Shown here one piece after another: positions 51,034 through 61,395 of a stretch of 64,000 nt of DNA (its first letter is position 1; every line of letters begins with the position of its first letter). A program made the translations under genes and the position numbers. The DNA is taken from NCBI GenBank assembly GCA_034530615.2, contig JAVRCV020000031.1:128001-192000 (forward strand), in the 5' to 3' direction. The notes beneath the pieces were generated by a model. The model saw nothing but the letters and a program-made list of their open reading frames with translations, ran no database searches and had not been told where the DNA came from. The stretch is from Aulosira sp. ZfuVER01. Its GTDB lineage: Bacteria; Cyanobacteriota; Cyanobacteriia; Cyanobacteriales; Nostocaceae.

Positions 51034-52716
51034 ATGGTCTTTAATTGGTTCCGCCGTCAACATAACGATTCCTCGGAAATTCCTGCCCAACAACAGCAGG
51101 AAGAAACTCCTCCTACCCCAGAACCCCAACCAGAAACAGCCGAAACGTCAACAGCAGAAACTACACCAGAGACAACGGCAGATTTGTTAGCTTTTGCTAA
51201 AGCTGCTTACAAAAATATTCAGCAAAAACAGCAATCTCAAACAGTTGAGCAAGAAACAACAGCAGAAGTTGAAATTGAAACTGCACAATCAGTAGCATCA
51301 CCAGAATTAGATGCATCTGTTAGCGAAACAATTACAGAAGAATCTGCTGAAGTTACAGAAACTGCACCAAACTTAGACTCAGATGCAACTGTTGTCGAAA
51401 CATCGGCTGAGGAATTATCTGCGACAGATGAAGAAATTACAGCTACTGCTTCTTTAGAAGAAATTGCCGAAACGCCAGAGAATGTGGTAGAAAAAGCAGC
51501 AACCGAATCTGTGACTATTCCAGAAGCAGAACAGCCAACAACACCAGCAAACTTATCCTTCTTAGAACGGGCGGCGGCGGAACGGCAAGCAAAGCAAGAA
51601 AGACTTATAGCTAGCGCCATTGAAGTACCAGAACCTGAGATAGTACAGCCAGTAGCTACTACTTCAACCACTTCTACGCCGGAGACAGGCGAAGAAAGTA
51701 CTGGATTGATATTTGATGAAGGGTTTGTCTGGTCAGCAGAAATCTTAGCAGCCCAAGGTAGGCGTGCAGAGGATATTTCTATTGAAGAAATTACCTGGTT
51801 GAAAAAGTTACGCCAAGGGTTAGACAAAACCCGGCGGAATATACTGAACCAACTCAAGTCAATTGTTGGTCAGGGGCCACTTAACCAAGCGGCTGTAGCA
51901 GAAATTGAAGCTTTGCTCCTACAAGCCGATGTGGGTGTGGAAGCGACAGATTTAATTATCAGTTCCCTTCAGAAAAAACTGCGAGAAGAAGTTACTCCTC
52001 CAGAGGAAGCGATCGCTTATCTCAAACAAATTCTGCGGGATATGCTGGATAATCCCGTACAAAAAAATTACAAACCGAGTTTTGCTCCGGAGAAGGACAC
52101 CCTGAATATTTGGTTGATTACTGGTGTTAATGGCGCAGGTAAAACTACTACCATTGGTAAAATCGCTCACCTCGCACAAAAATCGGGTTATAAATGCTTG
52201 ATTGGTGCAGCAGATACCTTCCGTGCCGCCGCCGTAGAACAGGTAAAGGTTTGGGGTACTCGCAGCGGAGTAGAAGTAATTTCCAATCCTGGTAAAAATA
52301 CAGATCCAGCCGCCGTGGTGTTTGATGCGATCGCTGCTGCTCAAGCTAGAGAAACTGAATTACTTCTGGTTGATACCGCCGGGCGATTGCAAAACAAGAA
52401 GAACTTAATGGACGAACTCACTAAGATTCGTCGGATTATTGACAAGAAAGCGCCTAATGCCAAAATAGAATCGCTCTTGGTTCTAGACTCAACTTTAGGT
52501 CAAAATGGATTGCGCCAAGCTGAAGTTTTCTCCCAAGCTGCCCAACTCAGTGGTGTGGTATTAACTAAGCTGGATGGTACTGCTAAAGGAGGTGTGGCGC
52601 TGGCTGTCGTACAACAGCTAGGTTTACCAATTCGCTTTATCGGTGCTGGTGAAGGAATTGAAGATCTACGCCCCTTTTCTAGTTACGAGTTTGTCGAAGC
52701 ACTCTTGAGTGGCTGA
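51034..52716 (+). CDS. ftsY: Signal recognition particle receptor FtsY
   Basis: Acidic N-domain, GVNGAGKTTT, DTFRAAA, DTAGR, TKLDGTAKGG. Confidence 0.97.
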   Translation: MVFNWFRRQHNDSSEIPAQQQQEETPPTPEPQPETAETSTAETTPETTADLLAFAKAAYKNIQQKQQSQTVEQETTAEVEIETAQSVASPELDASVSETITEESAEVTETAPNLDSDATVVETSAEELSATDEEITATASLEEIAETPENVVEKAATESVTIPEAEQPTTPANLSFLERAAAERQAKQERLIASAIEVPEPEIVQPVATTSTTSTPETGEESTGLIFDEGFVWSAEILAAQGRRAEDISIEEITWLKKLRQGLDKTRRNILNQLKSIVGQGPLNQAAVAEIEALLLQADVGVEATDLIISSLQKKLREEVTPPEEAIAYLKQILRDMLDNPVQKNYKPSFAPEKDTLNIWLITGVNGAGKTTTIGKIAHLAQKSGYKCLIGAADTFRAAAVEQVKVWGTRSGVEVISNPGKNTDPAAVVFDAIAAAQARETELLLVDTAGRLQNKKNLMDELTKIRRIIDKKAPNAKIESLLVLDSTLGQNGLRQAEVFSQAAQLSGVVLTKLDGTAKGGVALAVVQQLGLPIRFIGAGEGIEDLRPFSSYEFVEALLSG

Positions 52717-52760
52717 TTTAAAATTTTGCGGTTAAGATTTTTCTTTGGAAACTAATAAAT

Positions 52761-52833
52761 TTGGGGCTTACGGCTCTGATGTCATCACTGAAATTCACTA
52801 CTAATGCAGTACTCAAAAAAGCGTAAGTCCTAA
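52761..52833. repeat. MITE-like element with imperfect terminal IRs
   Basis: ttggggcttacg ... cgtaagtcctaa. Confidence 0.5.
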
Positions 52834-53765
52834 AATCATTAGTTTGTTATAAAATGTGGACTACTTTTGCTAGAATTCTACTCTAATCCCGTATTTAACT
52901 CTATAATCAGGAGTTCCTAAATCTAGGATTAGAGTATATTTGCAGCAAAGGAAAATCTGTAGACTCTGTTGTGGTGCTGTTTTCAGGTTAGGCATATCCA
53001 AGCAACTGGATTCTCTATAGAGTTTGTTGCTAATTATTACTTAGTTAGTTACAAGTCCACTGGTTTCCAGACAAGGTTACTTTCAAGAATGGTATGCATT
53101 AGTAGCCAGTAATCTGTAGAAACTCTGAAGTGTATTATCAGTCTCTACTGTTTATGGAGTCCATGAATATTCTCTGAATAAAATTTAAAGGTGTAAAATA
53201 TGTTGATTAAACTACAAAAATCTCTATCATCTCTGAGTGTCAAAATCTGAGACAGGTGTATTCTTAATGATGTGCGATCGCTCTTTAATAGATCTTGCGC
53301 TTGTCAGATCTGCCGCTTGTTCTTTACATCTTTTCAGACTTGCGGCTGAATACCATTTCCTTGGCGCTCAACCTGCCGATAGACCCTCAAACCCCTAGTA
53401 GCTCTGACCCCTCACCCCCAATAATCAACATGGCAACGTAATATATTATTTTCCGCCAAAAGCATTTTTCTGTCGCCAGACATATAACTCAGTAATTAAG
53501 TGATGAAAGAATCACAATTTTGCTATTGTCTGCCCGAAATGGCTCATTTCGACCCAGTAGTTTCTCAGGAAGAAAAAAGTCGTGAAAATTGCTAACTTTA
53601 GGAATAAATATCATAATCAAATGCAATACTTATATAATTTAGCTCTTACGTCTTTCTACTCTTGCTAAAATGACAAATCTTGTCCCAATATGGTTTAGCA
53701 ATACTAAATCTAAAGGATTTATTCAGTAATCTCAAGTTTGCCTCTCTTAAAATGCAATAGTATCT

Positions 53766-55157
53766 GTGATTGTGTCTCAACTGCCCTCTCAACCCACTGA
53801 CAGTAATAGTAGTGCTGCAACTGATGTCACTCCAGTTGTAGCGCTAAAAGAACTCGTGTCAAGGCTGCACCGAGAACAAAACAAAATTCAGGATTTGTTA
53901 AGTTCTTTAGGATTTGCCCTCAGAAGTTTCAATAATTTGAATCAATTTTTGGAGCTGATTCCGCTGATGGCAACAAGAGTCACAGATGGGGACGGCAGCG
54001 CCCTATTTCTTTACAAACCAAATGGTCAAGTAAGATTAGAACAACTACACTGGCAAGATAGTGGCCAGCGTAGGAATATTCGTAAAGCCCTAGAAACCGC
54101 TACTAGTCAAATCACACTTGTGCCAAATACTGCCCCTCTAGCAACTGCCACGGGTATTTTGGACGATCAGATGCATCGTTATTTGGGCCCAGATGTGCAA
54201 ATATTTGGCACGGCTATTTTGGTAAAACATACAGAACGGGGCTGGCTATATGTTTTAAGCCGCGATCCAGAATATAGCTGGACAGAAACTAGACAAAAGT
54301 TAGTCCGGTTAGTAGCAGATCAAACCGCAGTCGCGATTGAAAACGATGAATTAGCAGTAGAACTCAAGAAAAAAGAACGCCTAGATCAAGAACTAGAAAT
54401 CGGTGCGGAAATTCAACGGCGACTCTTACCACGCCAATGTCCGATCGTTCCTGGTGCTGTCTTGGCTGCACGTTGTAAACCTGCTAATCGTGTCGGTGGA
54501 GACTACTACGACTTTATTCCCACCAATCAAAATCAGATTCAGCTACATCCCAAAACTGGTTTGGAAACAGCGCCTTTGGGTTTAGTAATTGGGGATGTTA
54601 TGGGTAAAGGTGTCCCCGCCGGATTGATTATGACAATGATGCGGGGAATGTTAAGAGGAGAAGTATTGCATGGGAATTCCCCCTCAAAGATTCTGCAAAA
54701 CTTAAATCGAGTCATGTATGCGGATTTAGAAAATTCTCACCGCTTTGTGACGCTATTTTATTCAGAATATAATCCTCAAACCCGAATTTTATCTTACAGC
54801 AACGCTGCACATAACCCGCCTTTGTGGTGGCACGCAGCCACAAAAACTGTAACTCGGTTAGATACTCTGGGAATGCTGATTGGTTTAGATGCGAATAGTC
54901 AATATGAAGATGCCCAGGCACAACTAGAACCTGGGGATACAGTTATTTATTATACAGATGGCTTAACGGATGCCGCAGCCGCCGGTGGCGATCGCTTTGA
55001 TGAAGAAAACTTTGTTGCTAGCTTCAGCGCGGCTTGTAGATATTGTGATGGGCCAGAAGAGATTGTAGATTACTTGTTTGACCAAGTGCAGCAATTCATC
55101 GGTGACGATCAACGAAACACCGATGATATGACACTTGTAGTTTTACAAATTGAATAG
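53766..55157 (+). CDS. GAF plus PP2C (SpoIIE/RsbU-type) protein phosphatase
   Basis: VGGDYYD, IGDVMGKG, NAAH, YTDGL, DDMT. Confidence 0.93.
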   Translation: MIVSQLPSQPTDSNSSAATDVTPVVALKELVSRLHREQNKIQDLLSSLGFALRSFNNLNQFLELIPLMATRVTDGDGSALFLYKPNGQVRLEQLHWQDSGQRRNIRKALETATSQITLVPNTAPLATATGILDDQMHRYLGPDVQIFGTAILVKHTERGWLYVLSRDPEYSWTETRQKLVRLVADQTAVAIENDELAVELKKKERLDQELEIGAEIQRRLLPRQCPIVPGAVLAARCKPANRVGGDYYDFIPTNQNQIQLHPKTGLETAPLGLVIGDVMGKGVPAGLIMTMMRGMLRGEVLHGNSPSKILQNLNRVMYADLENSHRFVTLFYSEYNPQTRILSYSNAAHNPPLWWHAATKTVTRLDTLGMLIGLDANSQYEDAQAQLEPGDTVIYYTDGLTDAAAAGGDRFDEENFVASFSAACRYCDGPEEIVDYLFDQVQQFIGDDQRNTDDMTLVVLQIE

Positions 55158-55227
55158 TTAAAAGTCCAGGGTCAAGAGTCAAGGGTTATTAGTCATTTGA
55201 CTTTGGACTATTGACTCTTGAATAATA

Positions 55228-56226
55228 TCAAAATACTATTGTCCAACCTTGCTTGCGAGAATCTTCCTTTGTATAGGAAACACCATCAACCTTGATTCCT
55301 TTGTTATCAAGTAGGGTAATGATGCCACCATTATTATCTAGTTGAATGTTGTCTTTACCCAAAGGAATTTTGATAACTTCACCTGGATTAATACTGCCAC
55401 TAAGACGCTGCTTGCGCTTGAGGCGATCGGCGATCGCCCAACCACTCAAGTCAACTTTATCTGGTGAGGTATTGATTAAAGTTACTTTTTCTTTACCAAC
55501 ATCATCACCAGCAGGGTTTACCAAAGCCGCAATAATCCGGACTGCTGCTGTTGCTGCACTTGGTGGAATGTCATCTATTCTGTTACCGGTAGTGTCATCG
55601 GTATGGAAGGATTGGGACTGGAAGGCTAAAAAGATACCTACCCACTGATTTCGCGCTGGATAGTGAATTAGCAGTCCGCCATCTTGCCAAACACCATTAT
55701 CTTTTTGAAATTGACCGACACTACCCTGGTTAAAGTGGATGTCATGAATACCGTTACCAGGAAGATAACCAAAATACTTGTCTTTCACATCTGCTTCTGG
55801 GCCCCATCTTTCACCAAAGGGGTAGAGTATTGCTTCTGGAGAAGCGATCGCCCGTGCAATGTATAATTCCAGCAATTCGTTGAGGTCGTTGTCTGGCCCG
55901 GGAACATTATATGGCAATGGCTTCATCTGCTTTGGGTCAAATAAGTTCCCCCGAATGTAGTCTAAAGCAACTCCTCCGGGTTTACTCGGCAACTCATTAA
56001 AGCCAAAATCTAATTCTTGCAGTTCCTTAGTGATGGGGTGAGAAAAGTTTTCGTCAATCAAATACAGCAATTCTGAAGGACTTTCTTTTGATTTAACATT
56101 GATAGCAATGCGATACTTATTCTTCTTGTCATCAGTTACCAGAACTTGATAATGAGGAGTTGGGCCTTCACCCAGCTTGCGATCCACAGCTTGGCATTTT
56201 AAAACCCCGTAATTTTTCAATGGCAT
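55228..56226 (-). CDS. DUF2278 (YukJ-like) protein with C-terminal lamin-tail-like domain
   Basis: YGVLK, PHYQ, YRIAINVKS, LDYIRG, GIHDIHFNQG, WQDGG; LTD-like tail (E.VTLIN...VDLSGW...L.NNGG.ITL). AGGAG RBS before the ATG at 56226. Confidence 0.85.
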   Translation of the reverse strand: MPLKNYGVLKCQAVDRKLGEGPTPHYQVLVTDDKKNKYRIAINVKSKESPSELLYLIDENFSHPITKELQELDFGFNELPSKPGGVALDYIRGNLFDPKQMKPLPYNVPGPDNDLNELLELYIARAIASPEAILYPFGERWGPEADVKDKYFGYLPGNGIHDIHFNQGSVGQFQKDNGVWQDGGLLIHYPARNQWVGIFLAFQSQSFHTDDTTGNRIDDIPPSAATAAVRIIAALVNPAGDDVGKEKVTLINTSPDKVDLSGWAIADRLKRKQRLSGSINPGEVIKIPLGKDNIQLDNNGGIITLLDNKGIKVDGVSYTKEDSRKQGWTIVF

Positions 56227-56419
56227 CTGTATTCTCCTAAATTTCTCAGCTTTAGAGCTAAACTTTGAGATCAAGCTGGTCTAATATTTTACTTACTTTG
56301 TCTGGAGATAATTTAAGTAAAAGTTAAATTATCTAGATTAAGCAGGCATCATGCTCAATTTTGACTGAGTATAGGGAGATACAGTAGTACCCTTTTGGGT
56401 ACTGTTTTTCTGTAAGCAA

Positions 56420-57043
56420 TCAGCGACAAATCAGCCCTAGCCAATGGGGGTAAGCGTAAGAATCTGCGATCGCTAGTCGGGAATTTTGATAAGTATGGAA
56501 TACCCATATGGCTGTAGCTTGTAAGTTTTCCAGCCGACGGCTATCTTCGCCAAAAGCTTCAAAAGCTAGACTCCACCAAGTATTTTCTTGAACCGTCAAA
56601 TTAGTGATTTCTACACTACAACCGTTATCGATATGTTCGTTAGTTGTAACGGCTTGTACCGAAAAATCAGCTAAAACTTGAAAAAGCTGAGAATAGCGAA
56701 CTTTCTGCACACTCACCCACGAAGGATTGCCTAAAACCATAGCAGGCTGGAAACTTTCGCCTTTGGAATCTTCACACAGCCATTTACCCCATTTTTCTCC
56801 TTTACCTGTGACTAATCCCCCAAAATGCATGACACCTAGTTCTGCTTGACGCCATTTAACTTCTAGCCTTCCCTGTCGCAGTTTGATTCCCAAGAAATCA
56901 CATCCTGGGGAGTAAAGGTAAAGATCTTCCCGTTCTTCTGGTGATTTTAACAGGTCAATCAAACAATTTTGCTGAAACCAAACTTGAATATTATCTGGGA
57001 GCTTGCCAGGATAAAACCAGCGCAATTCGTGACTGATCAACAT
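56420..57043 (-). CDS. CYTH-like (triphosphate tunnel) hypothetical protein
   Basis: ELRWF, REDLYL, GIKLRQGRLEVK, KVR, VEIT, FEA pattern. Confidence 0.6.
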   Translation of the reverse strand: MLISHELRWFYPGKLPDNIQVWFQQNCLIDLLKSPEEREDLYLYSPGCDFLGIKLRQGRLEVKWRQAELGVMHFGGLVTGKGEKWGKWLCEDSKGESFQPAMVLGNPSWVSVQKVRYSQLFQVLADFSVQAVTTNEHIDNGCSVEITNLTVQENTWWSLAFEAFGEDSRRLENLQATAIWVFHTYQNSRLAIADSYAYPHWLGLICR

Positions 57044-57147
57044 AAATTCGTTGATTATCTTTAGTTATTTAACAGCGTCCCGGTTGATGGGACAATGAGA
57101 AATTGTGCCTGCCTTATTTAGCTTCCAGTCCAAAGGAATTTATAAAA

Positions 57148-57693
57148 ATGTGGAAACGAATTGCATTCATGTTGCTATTGGTATTGAGTTTTAGCCTAAG
57201 TAACCCTGGTGTCGCAGCTGCGGCTGGACTCAAAAACTTCATAAACACTACTAATGGCTATGAGTTCTCATATCCTAACGGCTGGGTGCAAGTTAAAGTT
57301 GCCAACGGCCCTGATGTAGTGTTTCACGATCTGATTGAAATCAGTGAAAACGTCTCAGTAGTAATTAGTCCTGTTCCAGAAGGTGAAACTTTAGCACAAC
57401 TGGGGACACCAACAGAAGTAGGGTATAAGTTAGGTAAGGCTGCTCTCGCTCCCCCAGACTCTGGCCGTTCAGCTGAATTAGTCAATGCTTTTGAACGAGA
57501 ATCTGATGGTAAGACATACTACCTCTTAGAGTATGCAGTTAAACTCCCCAATCAGCAACAGCGACACAATATCGCTAGCGTCGCTGTTAGTCGCGGTAAA
57601 CTTTTTACTTTTAATGCCTCAATTCCAGAAAGACGTTGGCAGAAAGTTAAACCTGCGATGGAAGAGGTTGTAAGTTCATTCGTAGTTTATTAA
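57148..57693 (+). CDS. psbP: Photosystem II PsbP (CyanoP)
   Basis: GYEFSYPNGW, DVVFHD, ENVSVVISP, LGTPTEVG, YYLLEY. Confidence 0.92.
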   Translation: MWKRIAFMLLLVLSFSLSNPGVAAAAGLKNFINTTNGYEFSYPNGWVQVKVANGPDVVFHDLIEISENVSVVISPVPEGETLAQLGTPTEVGYKLGKAALAPPDSGRSAELVNAFERESDGKTYYLLEYAVKLPNQQQRHNIASVAVSRGKLFTFNASIPERRWQKVKPAMEEVVSSFVVY

Positions 57694-57770
57694 TTGATAA
57701 TAATGGGGGATGGGTGAAGATTAATAGATGATTTTTAATTCCTCTTTCCCCCTCTTTTTCTACATTTAAT

Positions 57771-58364
57771 ATGGGTATTACACCGTTTGTACTTGCTTCT
57801 GCTTCACCAGCGCGACGCCGCTTACTGCAAAGTGTTGGCATTGAACCAATAGTTCGCCCTAGCGATTTTGATGAATCGCAAGTCCAGTTAAACAATCCCG
57901 ATCAGTTGGTGCAAACTCTTTCGCTGCATAAAGCGGAAACTGTAGTTCCGCAGTTTGAATCAGCTTTAATTATGGGTTGCGACTCGGTTCTGGCTGTTAA
58001 TGGTGAGATTCATGGTAAACCAGCCGATGCTAACGAAGCGATCGCTCGTTGGCAGGTAATGCAAGGTAACTTTGGCGACCTTTACACTGGTCATACCTTG
58101 ATTGACCTGACTCAAAACCGCACTGTGACCAAGTGTCAGGTGACTAGGGTTTATTTTGTCCAAATGAGCGATCGCGACATTCAAGCTTATGTGGCTACAG
58201 GCGAACCTCTCAAATGTGCCGGTGCTTTTGCGCTTGAAGGTTTTGGTAGCTTGTTTGTAGAAAAAATTGCAGGTTGCCACAGCAACGTCATTGGTCTGAG
58301 TTTACCCTTGCTGCGACAGATGCTGGCAGAACTAGGATACAACGTCGTTGATTTCTGGCCATAG
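57771..58364 (+). CDS. maf: Maf family nucleotide pyrophosphatase
   Basis: [26 protein letters not shown]. Confidence 0.93.
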   Translation: MGITPFVLASASPARRRLLQSVGIEPIVRPSDFDESQVQLNNPDQLVQTLSLHKAETVVPQFESALIMGCDSVLAVNGEIHGKPADANEAIARWQVMQGNFGDLYTGHTLIDLTQNRTVTKCQVTRVYFVQMSDRDIQAYVATGEPLKCAGAFALEGFGSLFVEKIAGCHSNVIGLSLPLLRQMLAELGYNVVDFWP

Positions 58365-58388
58365 CCAAAAGTCAACAACAAGTGACTA

Positions 58389-58640
58389 TTAACAAAACTG
58401 TCTAGTATGTAGTACCGCCTCACCATGATCGGGAATCCACGCTAGCCATTCATCTTCTGCAACCTGACACAATAACAGTGCTTCCTCAAAACTATAGGGA
58501 TTGGGAAGTTGCAACAGTTTCACCCAGCTAGAAGGTGCAAACTTTTGTGGTGACTCTTGGGGGTAAGACTTGTTGGTAACATCCAGATTCCGCCTTCTGA
58601 GTTGCACTGCAAAATCTGGTCTCTCAGAATCTAGTTTCAT
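58389..58640 (-). CDS. Small hypothetical protein (83 aa)
   Basis: ATG ORF with a Trp-rich globular C-half (WVKLL..P.PYSFEEALLLC..WLAWIPDHGE). Confidence 0.7.
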   Translation of the reverse strand: MKLDSERPDFAVQLRRRNLDVTNKSYPQESPQKFAPSSWVKLLQLPNPYSFEEALLLCQVAEDEWLAWIPDHGEAVLHTRQFC

Positions 58641-58668
58641 AGCTAATGGACTAATATCAAATTATTTC

Positions 58669-58684
58669 TGTAACTAAGGATACA
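58669..58684. promoter_or_regulatory. NtcA binding site, in repressor position for the 83-aa gene
   Basis: TGTA-ACTAAGGA-TACA, a full consensus match. Confidence 0.7.
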
Positions 58685-58920
58685 AAATAAATAATACTAT
58701 TGAAAAGTAACCGTTTTATAACTTTACAGAAATTCCTGGTTTTCATTGGAAGTCAGTGGGAAACTCCATCCCCTTGTGGGTGGAGAGGGATAGCTATCCG
58801 CCAACTTGGGGCATTGGTGACTCTTTTCCACGCCTTATTCCCTATTGCCCAAAAACTTCATCCCCTTGTGGGTCAGTTTTTCATCCTCCTTATCCCCCTC
58901 ATCTCCCCATATCCCCATCT

Positions 58921-58962
58921 GTAGGTTCTGTTACGTTTTCCAGCAACTGATGAATGTAGAAT
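58921..58962 (+). promoter_or_regulatory. Class II NtcA-activated promoter of devBCA
   Basis: GTA-GGTTCTGT-TAC, exactly 22 nt, then TAGAAT; about 760 nt upstream of the devB ATG. Confidence 0.85.
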
Positions 58963-59616
58963 TCATTTAACCAAAGTTTGATGGAGTGATTTAAAAGCAG
59001 CAGAGAAATTAAGTCTTGGAAGTAGGTATATCAAGACTGTTGATATTCTTTGTGTATAGAAGCAACAAACTCTGCTGATGAGTTAACCAGAAACTTAAGG
59101 AAAAAGAGATATTAGGAATGCTCTATGTGATAGATATTTTTTAATTGGTCGATGATTAACCGAAGGTAAACTCGCTTTCGTAACCAAATTAGATTCACCA
59201 AACCAAACAGTTGATTTTCATATTCCGTTTTACTTTTGTAACTAATACATTTCCGGCGAATCAAGCTGTAAAATTGGTTTCTTTGTCAACATCATCACCA
59301 ACCAAAACCTCGCAAGAGCAAAGTCCAAATATTTAGATAATTGACTTCTATAAGGCTGATGTCGGTAATTTTGCATTTGCTAAACTCCACAGTATCACTT
59401 CAATGAATCACAGCATCTATCTTGTTGGGGAAAACTTCTAAAATCTAGAAATTTTTGCAGTTAAAATACGCTTTAAGCATCACAGGCTATGTCGAAGACA
59501 TTTGCCATATAAGCATCTACCTCATCGTTTTCATCTCATAATAAGAGCCAGGCTATTTACTAAAAACCCTGTGTAACTAGTAATTCATCACCTTAATTAT
59601 GAAGAGAGAATGAGTT

Positions 59617-59667
59617 AGTAGTCAGGACTTTATTCCTGGATTTTAAAGCACTAAAGTGCTGACTACT
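59617..59667. repeat. GTAG-type palindromic repeat in the devB leader
   Basis: agtagtcaggactttattcct ... agcactaaagtgctgactact. Confidence 0.65.
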
Positions 59668-59724
59668 CACTTATCAAAATTTTTTCCTTCAATCAGCACA
59701 ATTCAGATAAACGGGCAACACATC

Positions 59725-61143
59725 ATGTCAAGGGTGACTGAGAAGCCACAGTTAAGGGAGCAGACACTTGAGCAACCTAAAGTTTGGTGGAGCATTGCTG
59801 TAGCCCTACCAATAGTCATCGCTGTCGGTGTATTAGGTACAGCTAAAGTCGAACAGTTGAAAAAATTAGCTTCATCCGTACCTATTAGGCCAATGACCAA
59901 CAGTATCACTGCTGTGGGGCATTTAGAACCACGCGGAGAAGTAATTAAGTTATCTGCGCCAATGGCGGGGATGCAAGCGGCGTCGCGAGTTCAACAACTT
60001 TTGATTAAAGAGGGTGACAAGGTAAAGCAAGGTCAAGTTGTGGCGATTTTGGATAATCATGACACCCAAGTAGCTGGACTAGAAGAAGCAAAAGCAAAAT
60101 TGCAAGAATCTCGCGCCAATCTAGCACAAGTCAGAGCTGGTTCACCAAGAGATATTCAAGCTCAAACATCTGTAATTGCTCGCTTAGAAGCCCAGTTACG
60201 CGGAGAAAGGGATGCACAGCAAGCAACGATCGCTCGGATCGCAGCTCAGTTAAGTGGCGAAAAACTTGCCCAACAAGCAATGGTTAATCGCCTCGAAGCG
60301 GAACTGGGAGGACAAAAAGATACCTTAAGAGCCACACTCACACGCATCCAAGCTGAACAGCGTAATGCGCAAGTTGATGCTCAACGCTATGAGATGTTGT
60401 ATAGAGAAGGTGCAATTTCTCAACAGGAACGAGATAGAAGACGCTTAAGTGCAATCACCAGCAATCAGCAGGTTGTGGAAAGCCAAGCTACTCTCAAACA
60501 GACTATTGCAACTATTAGACAGCAAATTGCTGAAGCTAGAGCTAATCAAGTCAAAACCTTATCCACCTTACAACAACAGCTGATTGAAGCTAAAGTTAAC
60601 CGCGATAAAACCATAGCAACTTTGCAAAGGCAAATCGATGAAGAAAAAGCCAAACTCAACCGCCTAATGGAAGTCCGCCCCACTGATGTGCAAATGGCGC
60701 AAGCGCAAGTAAGTAATGCGATCGCAATGATGAGAAAAGCGGAAGCAGAACTCAAATTGAGTTATGTTAAAGCACCTATTAATGGTGAGATTTTAACCAT
60801 TCACACCAAGTCGGGAGAAGCGATCAATCAAATGGGAATTGCGGAAATTGGGCAAACCGATCAAATGATTGTCATCGCTGAAGTAGCTGAAGACAGTATT
60901 GGTAGAGTGCGTCTCGGTCAAAATGTTACCGTTACTAGTGACAATGGGGCTTTTGCTAGTGAATTAAGGGGAACAGTCACAGAGATTGGCAGAAAAATTG
61001 GTAAAAAAGATGTACTCAATACAGATCCAGCCGCAGATGTGGATGCCAGAGTTGTACAAGTGAAAATTGCTCTGACTCCAGAAGATAGCGTCAAAGTTGC
61101 TGGTTTAACCTACGCAAAGGTTGTTGTTGAAATTAATAACTAA
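59725..61143 (+). CDS. devB: Heterocyst glycolipid exporter membrane fusion protein DevB
   Basis: TAVGHLEPRGEVI, long coiled coil, DVDARVVQVKI. ATG at 59725. Confidence 0.9.
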   Translation: MSRVTEKPQLREQTLEQPKVWWSIAVALPIVIAVGVLGTAKVEQLKKLASSVPIRPMTNSITAVGHLEPRGEVIKLSAPMAGMQAASRVQQLLIKEGDKVKQGQVVAILDNHDTQVAGLEEAKAKLQESRANLAQVRAGSPRDIQAQTSVIARLEAQLRGERDAQQATIARIAAQLSGEKLAQQAMVNRLEAELGGQKDTLRATLTRIQAEQRNAQVDAQRYEMLYREGAISQQERDRRRLSAITSNQQVVESQATLKQTIATIRQQIAEARANQVKTLSTLQQQLIEAKVNRDKTIATLQRQIDEEKAKLNRLMEVRPTDVQMAQAQVSNAIAMMRKAEAELKLSYVKAPINGEILTIHTKSGEAINQMGIAEIGQTDQMIVIAEVAEDSIGRVRLGQNVTVTSDNGAFASELRGTVTEIGRKIGKKDVLNTDPAADVDARVVQVKIALTPEDSVKVAGLTYAKVVVEINN

Positions 61144-61204
61144 TACCTCTATATGGAAATTGTAATTCGTAATTACCTTTCTGCAAGGGTTACAGACATT
61201 TCCG

Positions 61205-61236
61205 ATGGGTGGTTTATTTACGCCATGATGTACTAG
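61205..61236. repeat. CTAG-terminated dispersed repeat between devB and devC
   Basis: Reverse complement reads ctagtacatcatggcgtaaataaaccacccat. Confidence 0.5.
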
Positions 61237-61395
61237 CCTAATTACAAAGTTTAGTCTTATTTAGCTAAACAGTTTTTAATATCGGGTTTTAATACTAATT
61301 TTTCATGTGGTCTTGGTTTAGATTGCTGGAATATTATTGCGATCAAAACTTGTACTCTATCATCCAAAACCCCAAGGTTAAAATTGGTATTGGTA

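Noticed and set aside
51237..51857. 206-aa minus-strand ORF
   Set aside because: Shadow of the low-complexity FtsY acidic domain.
58700..58950. Two short plus-strand ORFs
   Set aside because: They span the devB promoter and C-rich repeats; no coding signal.
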